From the IMG/VR virus record IMGVR_UViG_3300025372_000010, positions 1-64,000 of that record: 64,000 bases of DNA. One strand, 5' to 3'. The stretch comes from a virus. Lineage: Duplodnaviria; Caudoviricetes. Below the pieces are notes generated by a model. It had not been told where the DNA came from. It saw only the letters and a program-made list of their open reading frames with translations, and did not search any database. The position numbers and the translations under genes are program-made. Position 1 is the first letter of the stretch; the number at the start of each line of letters is the position of its first letter. Below are positions 45,963-57,500 of this stretch, one piece after another.

Positions 45963-48900
45963 ATGGCACAATACATCCCATACATACAAGATCAAGCTCC
46001 TGAACCAGTGTTATACCAACCTGATTGGGGGATGATTGGAACTGCCTTACAAAAGAAGGATTATCAGTACCAACAAGGAATTAATCAACTTCGTCAGGGG
46101 TATGGTTCGATTCTTAATGCACCTCTATCTAACTCAGAGAATATTCCTGTAAGAGATCAGTATGTAAAACAAGCTCAAGAAAGTCTTAAGAAGATTTCTG
46201 GAGCTGATCTTTCTTTACCAGAAAATGTACAAGCAGCTCAAAATATCTTCGAGCCTTTCTGGAATGACCCCTTTATTGTAAAAGATGCTAACTACACTCA
46301 ATGGTATCAGTCTCAACAACAAAAGCTTGCTAGTTGGAGAGATTCTCAAGATCCAAAGGTTAGATCTATGTACAGTCCTGTAATGGAACAATACCTTAAT
46401 CAAGGTTTAAATAAGCTACAAACTGCTAAGAGAACTCCTGAAGGCTTTTCTCGTATAGAAAGAAGAGAAGCCATTCCTTTTACTAATGTACAAGAATGGT
46501 TACAAGATAGAGCTAAAGATCAAGGTTTAAAGATTGATTGGACAGATGTATCTCCAGATGGTGCTTACCTTATAGATACTACCAATGGTCAAAAGACTCA
46601 GAAGAAGTTTTCTTCTTGGGCTGAGGGTATGATGGGTGATAACTTTAACGAGCAGTTTAAGATTGAAGGTAGAGTGAGAGCTGAGAATGTAGAAAACTAT
46701 ATTAAATCTCAACCTGCTAATGCTGGATTACCTCCTGAACAAATCAGAGCTAAAGTTGCTGATTATGTTATAACTAATCTTAAAAACGGATATGAGCAAA
46801 GAGTAGGAAAGATTGATAGTCAAATCTCTAGTATAGATAACTTATTAAAATCTTACCCTGCAAATATTAGTGATCCTGCACAAGCTCAAAAAGCTCAGCA
46901 GTTATTAGATGAAAGAAGACAGTTAGCTAGTTTAAAAGATAGTGTAAGTTCTGAATACGGTGGTATAGAAGATCCCAATAGTCCTTTGTATAAACAAACT
47001 ATACAAAGTGTTTTACAAGATCCTACTAATTATTTTGGTACCTTATCTAAACAATCTACTATTAATAACTGGGCTACAGCAAGAGCTGAAGTAGAAAGCA
47101 GAACTATTAAAGAAAACTCTTCTTTCTTTAAAGCTCAAGATATAAAAGAAAAGTATGATAATCTTAACTTCCAAAAACAAAAGGAAGCAGATCTTAAAGA
47201 TTATAGAGATAAATTATTAAGTATTAAAGGTGCTGGTGGATTAAGAGGAGCTGGTGGAACTGGAGCTGGGGGTGGAGGTAAAATGAGTTTTACTTTAGAC
47301 AACGATGGTAATGTAGTTCCAGTGTTTGGTCCTGCTACAGAGGGAGAACAACTTTCTACAGGAGCTAGAGTTAAAGGTTTAGGCTCAACAGATATTACTA
47401 CAACTCCTAGTGCATATGATGTATTTATGAACTATCAAGGAGCTTTATTAGGTACTGCTCATGATAAGACATTTAATCCAGAAAGTGGAGCTATTCGTTT
47501 TTTAACTAATGCAGGATTATCTGATGATGATGTAATGCAAATCAGTTCTGGTCTTAAGAGACAACTTACTGATGGAGAAAACTTCTCATGGAATCCTAAA
47601 GAAGTAACTGCTTTAGATAAGTTAGCTAAATCTCAAGGGTTTAGTAAATATTGGAAAGATAGTAAAGTGAGTAATATCCAACAAGGTATTCTTAACTATG
47701 CTAAAGACTATGTGAAGCAAAAGCATGATAATAATATTGACTTTACAGATGATGATACAAAAGTGTTACAAAACTATTTAGAAGCTAAACAAGCTAATGA
47801 TATGTTTGTAGCTAATGAAGATGACAGACAAAATCTTATTAAGAATAGTATCTTAACTGATCCTAAAACTTATGGAAAGATTACTGTTGATAGAGATGGT
47901 AAAAAAGATCTTATACAGCAATCTGATGTACAAAAGTTCTTTAAAGATAATGGTATTAAAGTTATAGATAAGTGGTCTGTATCTAGCGATCCTGAAGAAA
48001 AGGTAAGCTTAAAAGATTTGTCTAGAGCTTTTATGCAAGGTAAAGTTAAGTTTTCTACAGCAAAGCTTGCTGATATGGTTGAGCAAAGAGCTACTATTGA
48101 TGGTACCACTTATGCTATATTAGGTAATGTAGAAGGAATCAAATCTAGATTCGGAAGCTCTGAGGATTTTTCTAATCTATATATGAAAGCTAATACAACT
48201 GTAGTTCCTCATCTTAAGTACTTTGAGAACAAAACAGCTCGTATGGGTACTGTATGGGGATTAAACTTAGATGATTATAATAAAGATCCTCAAGGATTCC
48301 AAATAGTAGAGGAGGCATTATTACCATCTAATCAGCTTAATATATATGCTCAAGATAAAAATGGTAATCAAACTGTAGTAGATAACGATACTCGTAACGC
48401 TATAAAAATGTTATTAGGTAGTCGTGAGAATATTAAGAAGTATTTAGGTAATGCTGACTACTACACACAAGGAGTTAATGGTAACCCAACTCTTTCTTTT
48501 AATATAAAAGAGTTGTCTTCATCTGATAAGAATAATATTGGTGGAGTAGATCTTAACAAGTTAAACACAGATGTGTATAAGATTGAAATAAGTCCTGAAG
48601 CTAAAGGTCCAAATTTACGTAACTTACCACAGAATAGCGGTAACTATGTTTATCAAAAGCTTTTGCAGGGTGAGTCTATGCACAGTGATGATATGTTAAA
48701 CTCTTATGGAATTAGTTATGATATAGTTCCAAATAATAATACAAATCCTACAGGAGGATCTGTTACATTTAAGTACAACTTAAGAACTAATAAACTAAAC
48801 CCTACTACAGGACAAATGGAAATAGCTACTGTTCCTATGCAAGAGCGTAAAGTATTCTCATTTGAAGATGTAACTCCTGATCAAGTGGTAGGAATGATCC

Positions 48901-49028
48901 ATAGTAATATAGTTCAGTTGATGATGGTTAATCAACAAGCTAGTAAGCAGTATGAACAACATCAAAAAAGTAGTAATGCTCCTAGCTTTAATCTTCAAGC
49001 AGAGCTTAATAAACTAGGTATAAAATAA
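45963..49028 (+). CDS. Ejected cargo protein (probable start ATG 45963)
   Basis: About 1020 aa, Cys-free; YQPDW...KD..YQQG, DLSLPEN..A..IF.PF..D N-terminus; Gly linker. ATG 45954 lies within the promoter motif. Confidence 0.75.
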   Translation: MAQYIPYIQDQAPEPVLYQPDWGMIGTALQKKDYQYQQGINQLRQGYGSILNAPLSNSENIPVRDQYVKQAQESLKKISGADLSLPENVQAAQNIFEPFWNDPFIVKDANYTQWYQSQQQKLASWRDSQDPKVRSMYSPVMEQYLNQGLNKLQTAKRTPEGFSRIERREAIPFTNVQEWLQDRAKDQGLKIDWTDVSPDGAYLIDTTNGQKTQKKFSSWAEGMMGDNFNEQFKIEGRVRAENVENYIKSQPANAGLPPEQIRAKVADYVITNLKNGYEQRVGKIDSQISSIDNLLKSYPANISDPAQAQKAQQLLDERRQLASLKDSVSSEYGGIEDPNSPLYKQTIQSVLQDPTNYFGTLSKQSTINNWATARAEVESRTIKENSSFFKAQDIKEKYDNLNFQKQKEADLKDYRDKLLSIKGAGGLRGAGGTGAGGGGKMSFTLDNDGNVVPVFGPATEGEQLSTGARVKGLGSTDITTTPSAYDVFMNYQGALLGTAHDKTFNPESGAIRFLTNAGLSDDDVMQISSGLKRQLTDGENFSWNPKEVTALDKLAKSQGFSKYWKDSKVSNIQQGILNYAKDYVKQKHDNNIDFTDDDTKVLQNYLEAKQANDMFVANEDDRQNLIKNSILTDPKTYGKITVDRDGKKDLIQQSDVQKFFKDNGIKVIDKWSVSSDPEEKVSLKDLSRAFMQGKVKFSTAKLADMVEQRATIDGTTYAILGNVEGIKSRFGSSEDFSNLYMKANTTVVPHLKYFENKTARMGTVWGLNLDDYNKDPQGFQIVEEALLPSNQLNIYAQDKNGNQTVVDNDTRNAIKMLLGSRENIKKYLGNADYYTQGVNGNPTLSFNIKELSSSDKNNIGGVDLNKLNTDVYKIEISPEAKGPNLRNLPQNSGNYVYQKLLQGESMHSDDMLNSYGISYDIVPNNNTNPTGGSVTFKYNLRTNKLNPTTGQMEIATVPMQERKVFSFEDVTPDQVVGMIHSNIVQLMMVNQQASKQYEQHQKSSNAPSFNLQAELNKLGIK

Positions 49029-49046
49029 TACATATCCTACAAACTT

Positions 49047-52000
49047 ATGGATTCTCTTAACTTTTTAATGCCTGACAATATAAATACGGACAATCTTGTA
49101 CCTCAAGATAATCCGACAGGTAGTTTATTAGATATACTTCAAACTTCTGGCCCTGGTCCTTCACAGCCAATTACTTTTGATCCTATTAAAAGTTTTCAGT
49201 TTCCTTCTTCTCCAACTTCTGAAGCAGCCGCTGCACCATTATTTTTTGATGCTCAAAGAACTAATGTTGATAGATATACTAACTCAGCTTACTTTAAGCA
49301 GTTAGGTTTTAATCCTTTAGAAGGAAATGCTAATGAATACAAGTATGGCTCTATGCAAACATGGGGTGATACTATGGGTAATGCTTTAGGTGGAGCTTGG
49401 AAGTTAGGAGCTAATACATTTATACAAGGATGGGAAGGATGGGGTAATATGGCTAATGCATTGACCTCATGGGATAGTAGTAAGTTAGTAGGAAGTCCAG
49501 AACAATTATACCAAAGTAACCAAGAGCAGAATGCTATCATGAACAAGTATGCAATCTTTGCTACTCCTGAATCAGATGCTGGTGGTGTATTTAATCGTAA
49601 GTTTTTTGGTGATATGGTTCAGCAAACTGGATTTGCTCTTGGAACTATTGCTCAGTTTTTATCAGAAGAGCTTATAACATATGGTTTATCTACAGAGTTT
49701 TCATTAGCTAAACTTGGAATTAAAGCTCCATCTTGGTTAGGTAAAGTTGTTACTAAATCAGAGTTATTAGCTGATATGACTAAGCTGGGTGAAAATATCT
49801 ATAAGGATAGAACCTTTGCTGAGAAGTTTGTAGAGAATGCTAGAAAGTTTGTTCCTTTCTTAGAGACAGGAGAAGAGATGGCTAAGTATTCTAAAGCTGG
49901 TGCTGGTGCTGCTCAAATAGCAGCTATTGGCGTTGGTGGATTAAGAAGAACATTAGCTGAAGCTAATATGTCTTTTACAGAAGCTCGTATGGAAGCTGCT
50001 AACACTTATGGTGATCTTTACAATAAGTTATATGATGAAGAGGTTGATAAGACAGGAGAAGTACCATCTGGTGATAAGTTAGCTAGAATGAAAGAGATAG
50101 CAATGAAAGCATCTAGTGATAACTTCTTTGTTAACTCAGGAATCTTAATGCTATCTAATAGATTACAGTTTGATAATTTATTAGGCAAGTTTAGTTTTGG
50201 TAGAGAGATATTAGGAGAAGGTGGTGGGTTTGCAGAAGACATCTTAAAAGTTACTGGTAAGGTAGGAGAAAATGAAACAACTAAAGTGTACCAAAAAGGA
50301 TTGATGGGTACACCTGGATTATATGGTAAGATAGCAGAAGACTTTGGAAAAAAAGAAGCTGCTTGGCAAGTTGCTAAGAGCTTAGGAAAGCATGCATTCA
50401 AATGGGAAACTAGTGAGGGTCTTCAAGAGGTTTTCCAAGATTTAAGTAATCAGTCCTTACAAAACTACTACTATGATTTGTATCATGGTATAAAAGGAGC
50501 TGACTTTAGTCCTAGCTTAGAAAAAGCTTGGGCACAGGAGAATCAAGGTAACCAAGGGTTAAAGACTTTCTTAATGGGAGCTTTAACTGGAAGCTTGATA
50601 TCTCCTATTGACTTTGCTATAGGCAGAGCCAAAACTTATGGAATGTCAACAGCTGAACAAAGACAGACAAGAGAAGCTGATGTAAAAGATGCTGTTGAAA
50701 TGCTTAATGGTTTTTATGAGAATCCAAACCGTTATCTTAATGAGCATATTGCTAATGTAAAGTTACAAGATCATGTAGCTAAAACTATGGATGAAGCTAT
50801 TGCTAATAGAGATAAATATGTGTTTAATAACTTTAGAGATAGTGGATTTGCTAAGATGGTTTCAGCTGCTATAAAGACAGACATGTATGAGTCTGTTATG
50901 AGCACATTAAGAAACTACGGTGAGAGTATGACTGACCAAGACTTCAAAGAAGCTTTTGGTATGGAGAAGAATAAATATAATATAGATTCTATAAAAGGAT
51001 TCTTTGATAAGGTTGCAAGTAGTGTTGAAGAGTTTCATAAGAACTGGAAGACATTACGAGATAGATATGCTGACTCTGTTATACCAGAAATATATAAAGA
51101 TGGCACTCCTGAAAAGAAGATTAGTTTAGCTGCTAAAAGAGCATTAGATGATGCTATTGAAATACTAGCTACTAACTCTTATAAAGGACAGAATGCTATT
51201 GTCAGAGCTACTGATTTACAAACTCAAATGGCAGCAACTCCAACTATTGGAGGATCATTAGAGAATGCATTTAGAATATTAGGTCATGCAGGTGAGACAG
51301 CTCAAGAAGCATACTTATTAGATCAAGAGATAACATCTTTAGAAAGTGCTGATAAGATTGATAGAGAAACTCGTAAGCTTATTACAGCTAAGAAAAAGCA
51401 ATTAGCTGCTCTTACTGATTGGTTAAAGAATCAAGATGCTCTAGAAAAGATGGGTATTGAAGAGAAACGTAGATTCAATAAAGCTAGAAAGTCTTTTAGA
51501 GACTATGTTAATTCTAAGAATGAGCAAGCTAAGCTAGATGTATCTATAAAGAATGATGACTTTGAGGATATCTATAAAAACTTCTTAGACTATATTCAAC
51601 TTAATAGTGATGCTAAACAGTATGTAGATGCATACAATGTTCTAGCTAATCCAACTAAGTTTATCTTAATGCATGAGCGTATGCTTGATGCTATATTAAA
51701 AACTGAAGAGACTTATAAGAAAGAACATGAGGCTGAGATTAAAGGTGAAAAACCTGAAGCTGAAGAAAAAACTGGTAGCTTAGCTGATTTAATGGAGAAA
51801 GGATTAACAGTTGATGAAGCTAATCCAGAGAAAGTAGAGAAAGAAGAAGCTGAGAAAAAGAATGTAGATAAGCAAGCTTTAGAGACTGAGTTACACGATG
51901 CATATAGAACATATGCACAAGAAGCTTATGAGCAAGGTAATACTCCAGCTAAACCATCTGAATGGATTCGTTTTGGTGAAACTGCTAGAAAGATATTAAC

Positions 52001-54593
52001 TAAATATGGTGCAACTAAAGAAGATATCTATCATAATATAAATAATGTAACTGAAGATAATTATAATGATATATCTTTTAGTTATGGAGAACCTATTGCT
52101 GCAGCTCAACCTGCTCCTTTAGAAACTACTGAAGATCAAACTGCAGGTGGTACTAATATTGAGCAAGTAGATCCTACAGCAGCTGAAACTCCTGCTGAGC
52201 AAGCTGTCACTACAGAATTACCTGATAATGTGATTGCTGGTATGGATACTGGTGCTCAACAAAATCAAGGAGCTAGTCAGTCAGTAGTTATTGGTAAACA
52301 AACAATCAATGTAGGTGACAGAATCACTGGTAATCCTGGTGGTGATTTAACTGTTACAGGTATTAATTCTAAAGGTGATGTTACATTAGCTAATGATGAA
52401 ACTCAAGTTACACTTCCTAAAGATGACTTAGCTCAACTAATGGCTAATGGATATAGTCAGATAGTTAAAGCTGCAACAAAGACAACAGGCAAAGCTACTC
52501 CTAAAAAGACTACAGCTCCTGTAGTTAAGAAACCTACTTTTGAAAATGGTGAGATAAACAATGTAGAGCAGACTCGTGCTGCTATGCTTAATCAAGCTAA
52601 TAAGAAAGGTGGTGTTGATGATCAGTTAGAAAAAGAAACTCCTGGTGTAGTAGAAGGTAAGAAAGTAATTAATGGTGCTACTAAGATTAACAATCGCACT
52701 GAAGACTTTACAGCTACTACAGATAATAAAGGTAAAACTATTCGTCAGATTACTGGTGTAAATAGTAACTACCCAATGATTATGGCTACTAGTCGTATTA
52801 ATATGGGTACTGGTATTACATTAAGAGTAGATACTAGCTTAGCTAACTATGATGAGTATGAGTATATTAATACTAATAATGTAACTAAGCGTTCTAAAGA
52901 AGATTTCTTTGAGAATGGTAAAGTAAAACAGTCAGCTGTAGAATCTTTTCCAATTGCTATCTATACTAACTATAATGGTCAAGAAGTAAAATTAGGTTAC
53001 TTACCTACTGTTGAATGGGTAAATGCAAAGTATCCTAATGGATCTACGGTGAATGTCGTAGATAAAACTTATGATAAAGATGGTAATGAACAAGATAATC
53101 TTGGACCTAACTTAGCTCAGTTGAGAAAGATTAGACAAGATTTGATGAATGGGTTTAATACTGCAGGTAAGACTGAATGGACAGCTATAGTAGATAATAA
53201 ATCTGATGGTAATCTTAGAACTATATCTGGTGTTAATAAAGTAGCAGATGTAGTGAGCCCAGGTACACAGATTGGTATTATAAAAAATGGTGTTGTTTAT
53301 ACAGGTAAGAATGTAGAAGCTACAGGTCAGATTATACTTCCAAGTGAAGTATCTACTACTATAGAGAACAAGAATACAGAAGGCTGGCCAGTTGTATTGA
53401 TTAATACTCCTACTGGTAAAAGATTAGCAAGCTGGGTTAGTGTTCCAACATTGAATAAAGAACATCAAGATCTTATTTTAAATGCTTGGAGTGCGTTCCA
53501 TTTATTAAACAATAATGCTAAAGCTAACGAGCCACATGATACTAAGTCTAAAGCTTATGAAATAGCTAGTGCAATATATGAAGCATATGGGGCTAAGCTT
53601 GCAGTAGATGAACAACCTAACTTTAAGCTTTTACAAGACTATGTTAATGACTACATCACTTTTACAGGTGGTAAGAATGATGAGAAGAATGGTTATAAAA
53701 AGTACGATCCATTGAAGCCAGGATCATCTTTATTGACTATATTGCCAAATGGTACTTTGATTACATGGGTAGTTCAAACTGGTGTTGAAGCTAACGATAA
53801 AGTGTTAATGACTGATCCGTCCAGATTGACTGATGAGAATAAGAACAAGTTCTATAACTTAGCAGATCAAGTGCACTATAATATTAAGTTTAGTGATAAG
53901 AATAATAATGGTATCAACTCTGATAGTAAGATGAGATTTTTAAGTATGGTGGGTGATTCATTAATTAAGTCTGAGCCTATGACATATAATGAGCATGTAT
54001 CTAATCTATTAGAGACAAACATAGAGCCAGGTATTCCTTTAGATCCTAAGCAACCAGATGGAGAAAGAGTTTATTTCTCTAACCCAGTATTGAATTTTAG
54101 CTTTACAGAGCCTACAGAAACTAAAGTTACCACTCAAAAAGAAAATGCTGCTGTTCCAGCTGAAACTACTCTTGTTACTACTAATATAGAATCTAAGAAA
54201 GCTGATATAGAAAGAAGAAGACAAGAGCATATTGACTTAATTGAGCATAATGAAAATGCAGATGGTAGTGAAGAATCACAAGCATATGACACATCTTGGA
54301 GTAAAAAAAATGAATATGAATACTTTTCTGGTAAAACAAAGAAAGAAGTAGTAAATAAAATAAATGCTAAGTATGATGCTGAACTAGCTGCTTTAGAAGG
54401 TGGTAAAACCAAAACTGTAAAGAGCTTAGCTGATGAATTATTAAATATGGACTTTGGTGAAGGATTAACTGACTTTGGTAACTTTGATCAAGGCGTGATT
54501 GATGGAGATCTTCCAGGAGATAAGAAATCAATAGCAACTAAAGTGAATGATATAGTAAACGATAAAGAAATAGATAAAAACTGTAACGGATAA
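49047..54593 (+). CDS. Large ejected cargo protein upstream of the virion RNAP, with putative membrane-inserting N-terminal helices
   Basis: 1848 aa; Gly/Ala-rich hydrophobic helices (GFALGTIAQFL, EARMEA, SEGLQE, FLMGALTG); the only Cys seen is third from the C-terminus. Confidence 0.8.
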   Translation: MDSLNFLMPDNINTDNLVPQDNPTGSLLDILQTSGPGPSQPITFDPIKSFQFPSSPTSEAAAAPLFFDAQRTNVDRYTNSAYFKQLGFNPLEGNANEYKYGSMQTWGDTMGNALGGAWKLGANTFIQGWEGWGNMANALTSWDSSKLVGSPEQLYQSNQEQNAIMNKYAIFATPESDAGGVFNRKFFGDMVQQTGFALGTIAQFLSEELITYGLSTEFSLAKLGIKAPSWLGKVVTKSELLADMTKLGENIYKDRTFAEKFVENARKFVPFLETGEEMAKYSKAGAGAAQIAAIGVGGLRRTLAEANMSFTEARMEAANTYGDLYNKLYDEEVDKTGEVPSGDKLARMKEIAMKASSDNFFVNSGILMLSNRLQFDNLLGKFSFGREILGEGGGFAEDILKVTGKVGENETTKVYQKGLMGTPGLYGKIAEDFGKKEAAWQVAKSLGKHAFKWETSEGLQEVFQDLSNQSLQNYYYDLYHGIKGADFSPSLEKAWAQENQGNQGLKTFLMGALTGSLISPIDFAIGRAKTYGMSTAEQRQTREADVKDAVEMLNGFYENPNRYLNEHIANVKLQDHVAKTMDEAIANRDKYVFNNFRDSGFAKMVSAAIKTDMYESVMSTLRNYGESMTDQDFKEAFGMEKNKYNIDSIKGFFDKVASSVEEFHKNWKTLRDRYADSVIPEIYKDGTPEKKISLAAKRALDDAIEILATNSYKGQNAIVRATDLQTQMAATPTIGGSLENAFRILGHAGETAQEAYLLDQEITSLESADKIDRETRKLITAKKKQLAALTDWLKNQDALEKMGIEEKRRFNKARKSFRDYVNSKNEQAKLDVSIKNDDFEDIYKNFLDYIQLNSDAKQYVDAYNVLANPTKFILMHERMLDAILKTEETYKKEHEAEIKGEKPEAEEKTGSLADLMEKGLTVDEANPEKVEKEEAEKKNVDKQALETELHDAYRTYAQEAYEQGNTPAKPSEWIRFGETARKILTKYGATKEDIYHNINNVTEDNYNDISFSYGEPIAAAQPAPLETTEDQTAGGTNIEQVDPTAAETPAEQAVTTELPDNVIAGMDTGAQQNQGASQSVVIGKQTINVGDRITGNPGGDLTVTGINSKGDVTLANDETQVTLPKDDLAQLMANGYSQIVKAATKTTGKATPKKTTAPVVKKPTFENGEINNVEQTRAAMLNQANKKGGVDDQLEKETPGVVEGKKVINGATKINNRTEDFTATTDNKGKTIRQITGVNSNYPMIMATSRINMGTGITLRVDTSLANYDEYEYINTNNVTKRSKEDFFENGKVKQSAVESFPIAIYTNYNGQEVKLGYLPTVEWVNAKYPNGSTVNVVDKTYDKDGNEQDNLGPNLAQLRKIRQDLMNGFNTAGKTEWTAIVDNKSDGNLRTISGVNKVADVVSPGTQIGIIKNGVVYTGKNVEATGQIILPSEVSTTIENKNTEGWPVVLINTPTGKRLASWVSVPTLNKEHQDLILNAWSAFHLLNNNAKANEPHDTKSKAYEIASAIYEAYGAKLAVDEQPNFKLLQDYVNDYITFTGGKNDEKNGYKKYDPLKPGSSLLTILPNGTLITWVVQTGVEANDKVLMTDPSRLTDENKNKFYNLADQVHYNIKFSDKNNNGINSDSKMRFLSMVGDSLIKSEPMTYNEHVSNLLETNIEPGIPLDPKQPDGERVYFSNPVLNFSFTEPTETKVTTQKENAAVPAETTLVTTNIESKKADIERRRQEHIDLIEHNENADGSEESQAYDTSWSKKNEYEYFSGKTKKEVVNKINAKYDAELAALEGGKTKTVKSLADELLNMDFGEGLTDFGNFDQGVIDGDLPGDKKSIATKVNDIVNDKEIDKNCNG

Positions 54594-54596
54594 CAT

Positions 54597-57500
54597 ATGT
54601 CTTGTATATACACTATAAATGGTAAGCAGTATTCTGACTCTGAGGTTAAACAAGTCTTCAGTAGTATCCTAGCTGTTCCTGGTAATGAAAACTTATCGAA
54701 TGAGGAACTAGTAGCTAAGATTACTGAGCTTAGTAAAGATAGATTTGTTGATGTAAATCTATTTAGCCCATATCAAGAATCAGCTTACACTAACATCATC
54801 TTTTCTGAGGTTGTTGACCAACTTGGTGTTTTAAAACCTAAGATGGAGATTAAACAATCTGCAGGTAAAGTATTTGGTGATACTTATAGTCGTTTCAAGA
54901 ATGAAGCTGCTAAGTTTAATGCTATCTCTGAAAAGATAACATCAGAAGAAGCTTACAATCAGTTTAAGCAAGTTGAGGGTGTAGCTGCAAAGTTTCCTGA
55001 GATTGCTGCTTTAAACTATAATCAGTTCAAGAGTATGGTTGATCAGTTCAATCATATTGTAAATGAAGAGAACTGGAAGAAGTTTACTCAACTAGCTGAG
55101 CAAAAGCTTAGACAGCTTGGGTTAACTATTAAAGATGGTAATATTGTAGAAAAGAAGTTTGATGCTACAGAGATTGCTAAGAGATTAGAAGAGGATCAGA
55201 ATGATGAGAATGAACCAGAGTATGAAGATTCTGAAAGAGAAATCAATGAGTCATACGAAGATGGTCGTGCATTTAGATTATCTCCTAAAGATACTGCTAG
55301 CTATCGTGTAAAGTTATTCTTATCTACTATTCCTAACTACGAGAGAAACATCTTTGGTAAGAAAGACTTTGTGTCTATGGACCAAGTGTTTGAAGACTTG
55401 TTGCAAACAGCTGCAACTCTTCCTGTAGTAAACTATAAAACCTTTACAGAAGCTTTATTATCTAAAGCTGAGGGTAAACCTTATTTACATAATGTAGTAG
55501 GTAAGTTAGATAGATTACAAAAAGACGGTAACGTAAAGCTTCGTAATGAAATCATTACAGTATTTAATAAAGCCTTTACTGACCATGTGCTTGTTTTATG
55601 GAACCCTTCTGAAGGTGGTGTTAAAGTTAAAGTGATTAGCTCTAACCGCAATAGTATAATCCGCCAAATCAAGCAAGACTGGATTGAAGCTCAGAAAAGA
55701 TCTGCTATTATCTCTACAGATACTATTGGTGATCTAGTAATAAATAAAGAGAAGGTTAAAGAGTTATATGATTCTTTAAAAGAAGCTAATAAGTCTAAAG
55801 ATATCACTGATAAGAAAGCTTGGGTAGCTGAGTTCTTTAAATCAGTAGGTATTGACTTTGATGCAAAGATGATTGATGCATTAGTAAAGAGTGCTAATAA
55901 CGGTTTCTTCAAGTATGTACGTAGTGCTAACTTTGCTGCTATGTTCAGACCTAATGGTGTGTTTGATAACATCATGAAGACTTATTCTAAAGAGGGTGAT
56001 GGTAAATCAGATAACCGCTATGAAGATTCTAATAATGCTATGATCCATGAGCGTGCATTTGACTATCTAGCTCAGATCTTCTTTGACTTTAATGGTAATA
56101 AATATCAGACTGGTACTTTCCAGAATGGTGAGAATAAAACTATCTACTCATACATCCAACCTAGTTATTTAGAGACAGTTAAGAAAAAGCTTAATAATGG
56201 TGACGGTTATTTAAAACGTCTATCAGAAGCTTCTTTCTCTAAATCATCTGAGGTAGTTGCTCAGTTATTAAATAACCTTACAGAGAATAGTAATAACTTT
56301 GTATATCGTATTAGATATGCAGATAGCTTAAAGAATGACACTGCAGAGAAAGCAGGTATAGTTCGTAAGCGTATGAGCCGTAAAGAAATGTTATTTGATT
56401 CATTAGTTAAGTATATGAACTCTGGTAAAAATACAGGGTTGTATAACATGTTTACATTGTCTGATAAGACAGTTACGCCTGTTATAGAAATGACTAAAAC
56501 TAAGCTTGATCCAACATTTGATATCTTATTACGTCCTTCTAAGAATACAACTGTAAGAACTAGCTTTGATTTCAAAGATGGTTTTGCAGATAAATTATAC
56601 ACCCTAGCTAAGTCTGAAATAGATCGTATGGTTGACTATGCTAATAATGCTAATAAAGCAGGATTAGGTATAAACAACTTTGATAAGTCTAGTCAGATCT
56701 TTTATTTATTCCCAGCTCTTAATAACAAAGAGGATGCTGATCTTAAATCTATTGTAGATTCTATACAAGCGGGTAATCAGCCATCTTTAGCAGATGAGAA
56801 CTATATCAAGAAAGTATTAGTGGATGTGTTTAAAAATGATGTAATGAAGTCATTTAGAACTCTTACTGATATAGGATTGATTAAGAAGTCTGAAGCTTTA
56901 GATGAGAATGATAAGAAGACTATCTTATTAAACTATGATCAATTAGATAAAGACTATCTAGCTCAATATTCTAATCTAACAGATAAGCAAAAAGGAGTTA
57001 TGATAATATCTGAATTTAAGTATAATAACTTAAAAGCTCAGATTAATAGTTTACAAGTGTTAGGTGCAGATCCTGCATTATTTTACAAGACTAAGATTGG
57101 AAAAGCTAAAGAAGCTCTTACTACTTCTGATGTTAACTCTATAGTAAAAACTACTATGGATGAATTCAGTAAGCGTGCTGCAATGTTTATTGCACCAGGA
57201 GCTCAAGGTACATTTGAGTGGACTGACTTAAATGGTCGTCCTGTTGATAGAACAAACTATGATATAGTTACTATCAAAGATGTGGTTAAGAATGTAGGTG
57301 GTTTTGAGAAAGTTAATATTGCAGATGCTCAGGAGTTAGTAACTCTACAAGAGCATATTGATAGATTAATGTCTGAAGGTCGTATTGACTTAGAAGACTG
57401 GCAGTCTATTACTGATAAAATAGAAAAGAATAAAGGTAAGTTTTATGAGCTTAGCGATAAAGAAAAGCAGATTGCTTTACAACCAGCTAAGCCTGTATAT

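Noticed and set aside
54591-54599. In-frame TAA-CAT-ATG joining the 1848-aa protein and vRNAP by read-through
   Set aside because: TAA is the dominant strong stop here, the next junction (62474/62477) is out of frame, and the terminal Cys pattern fits separate chains better.
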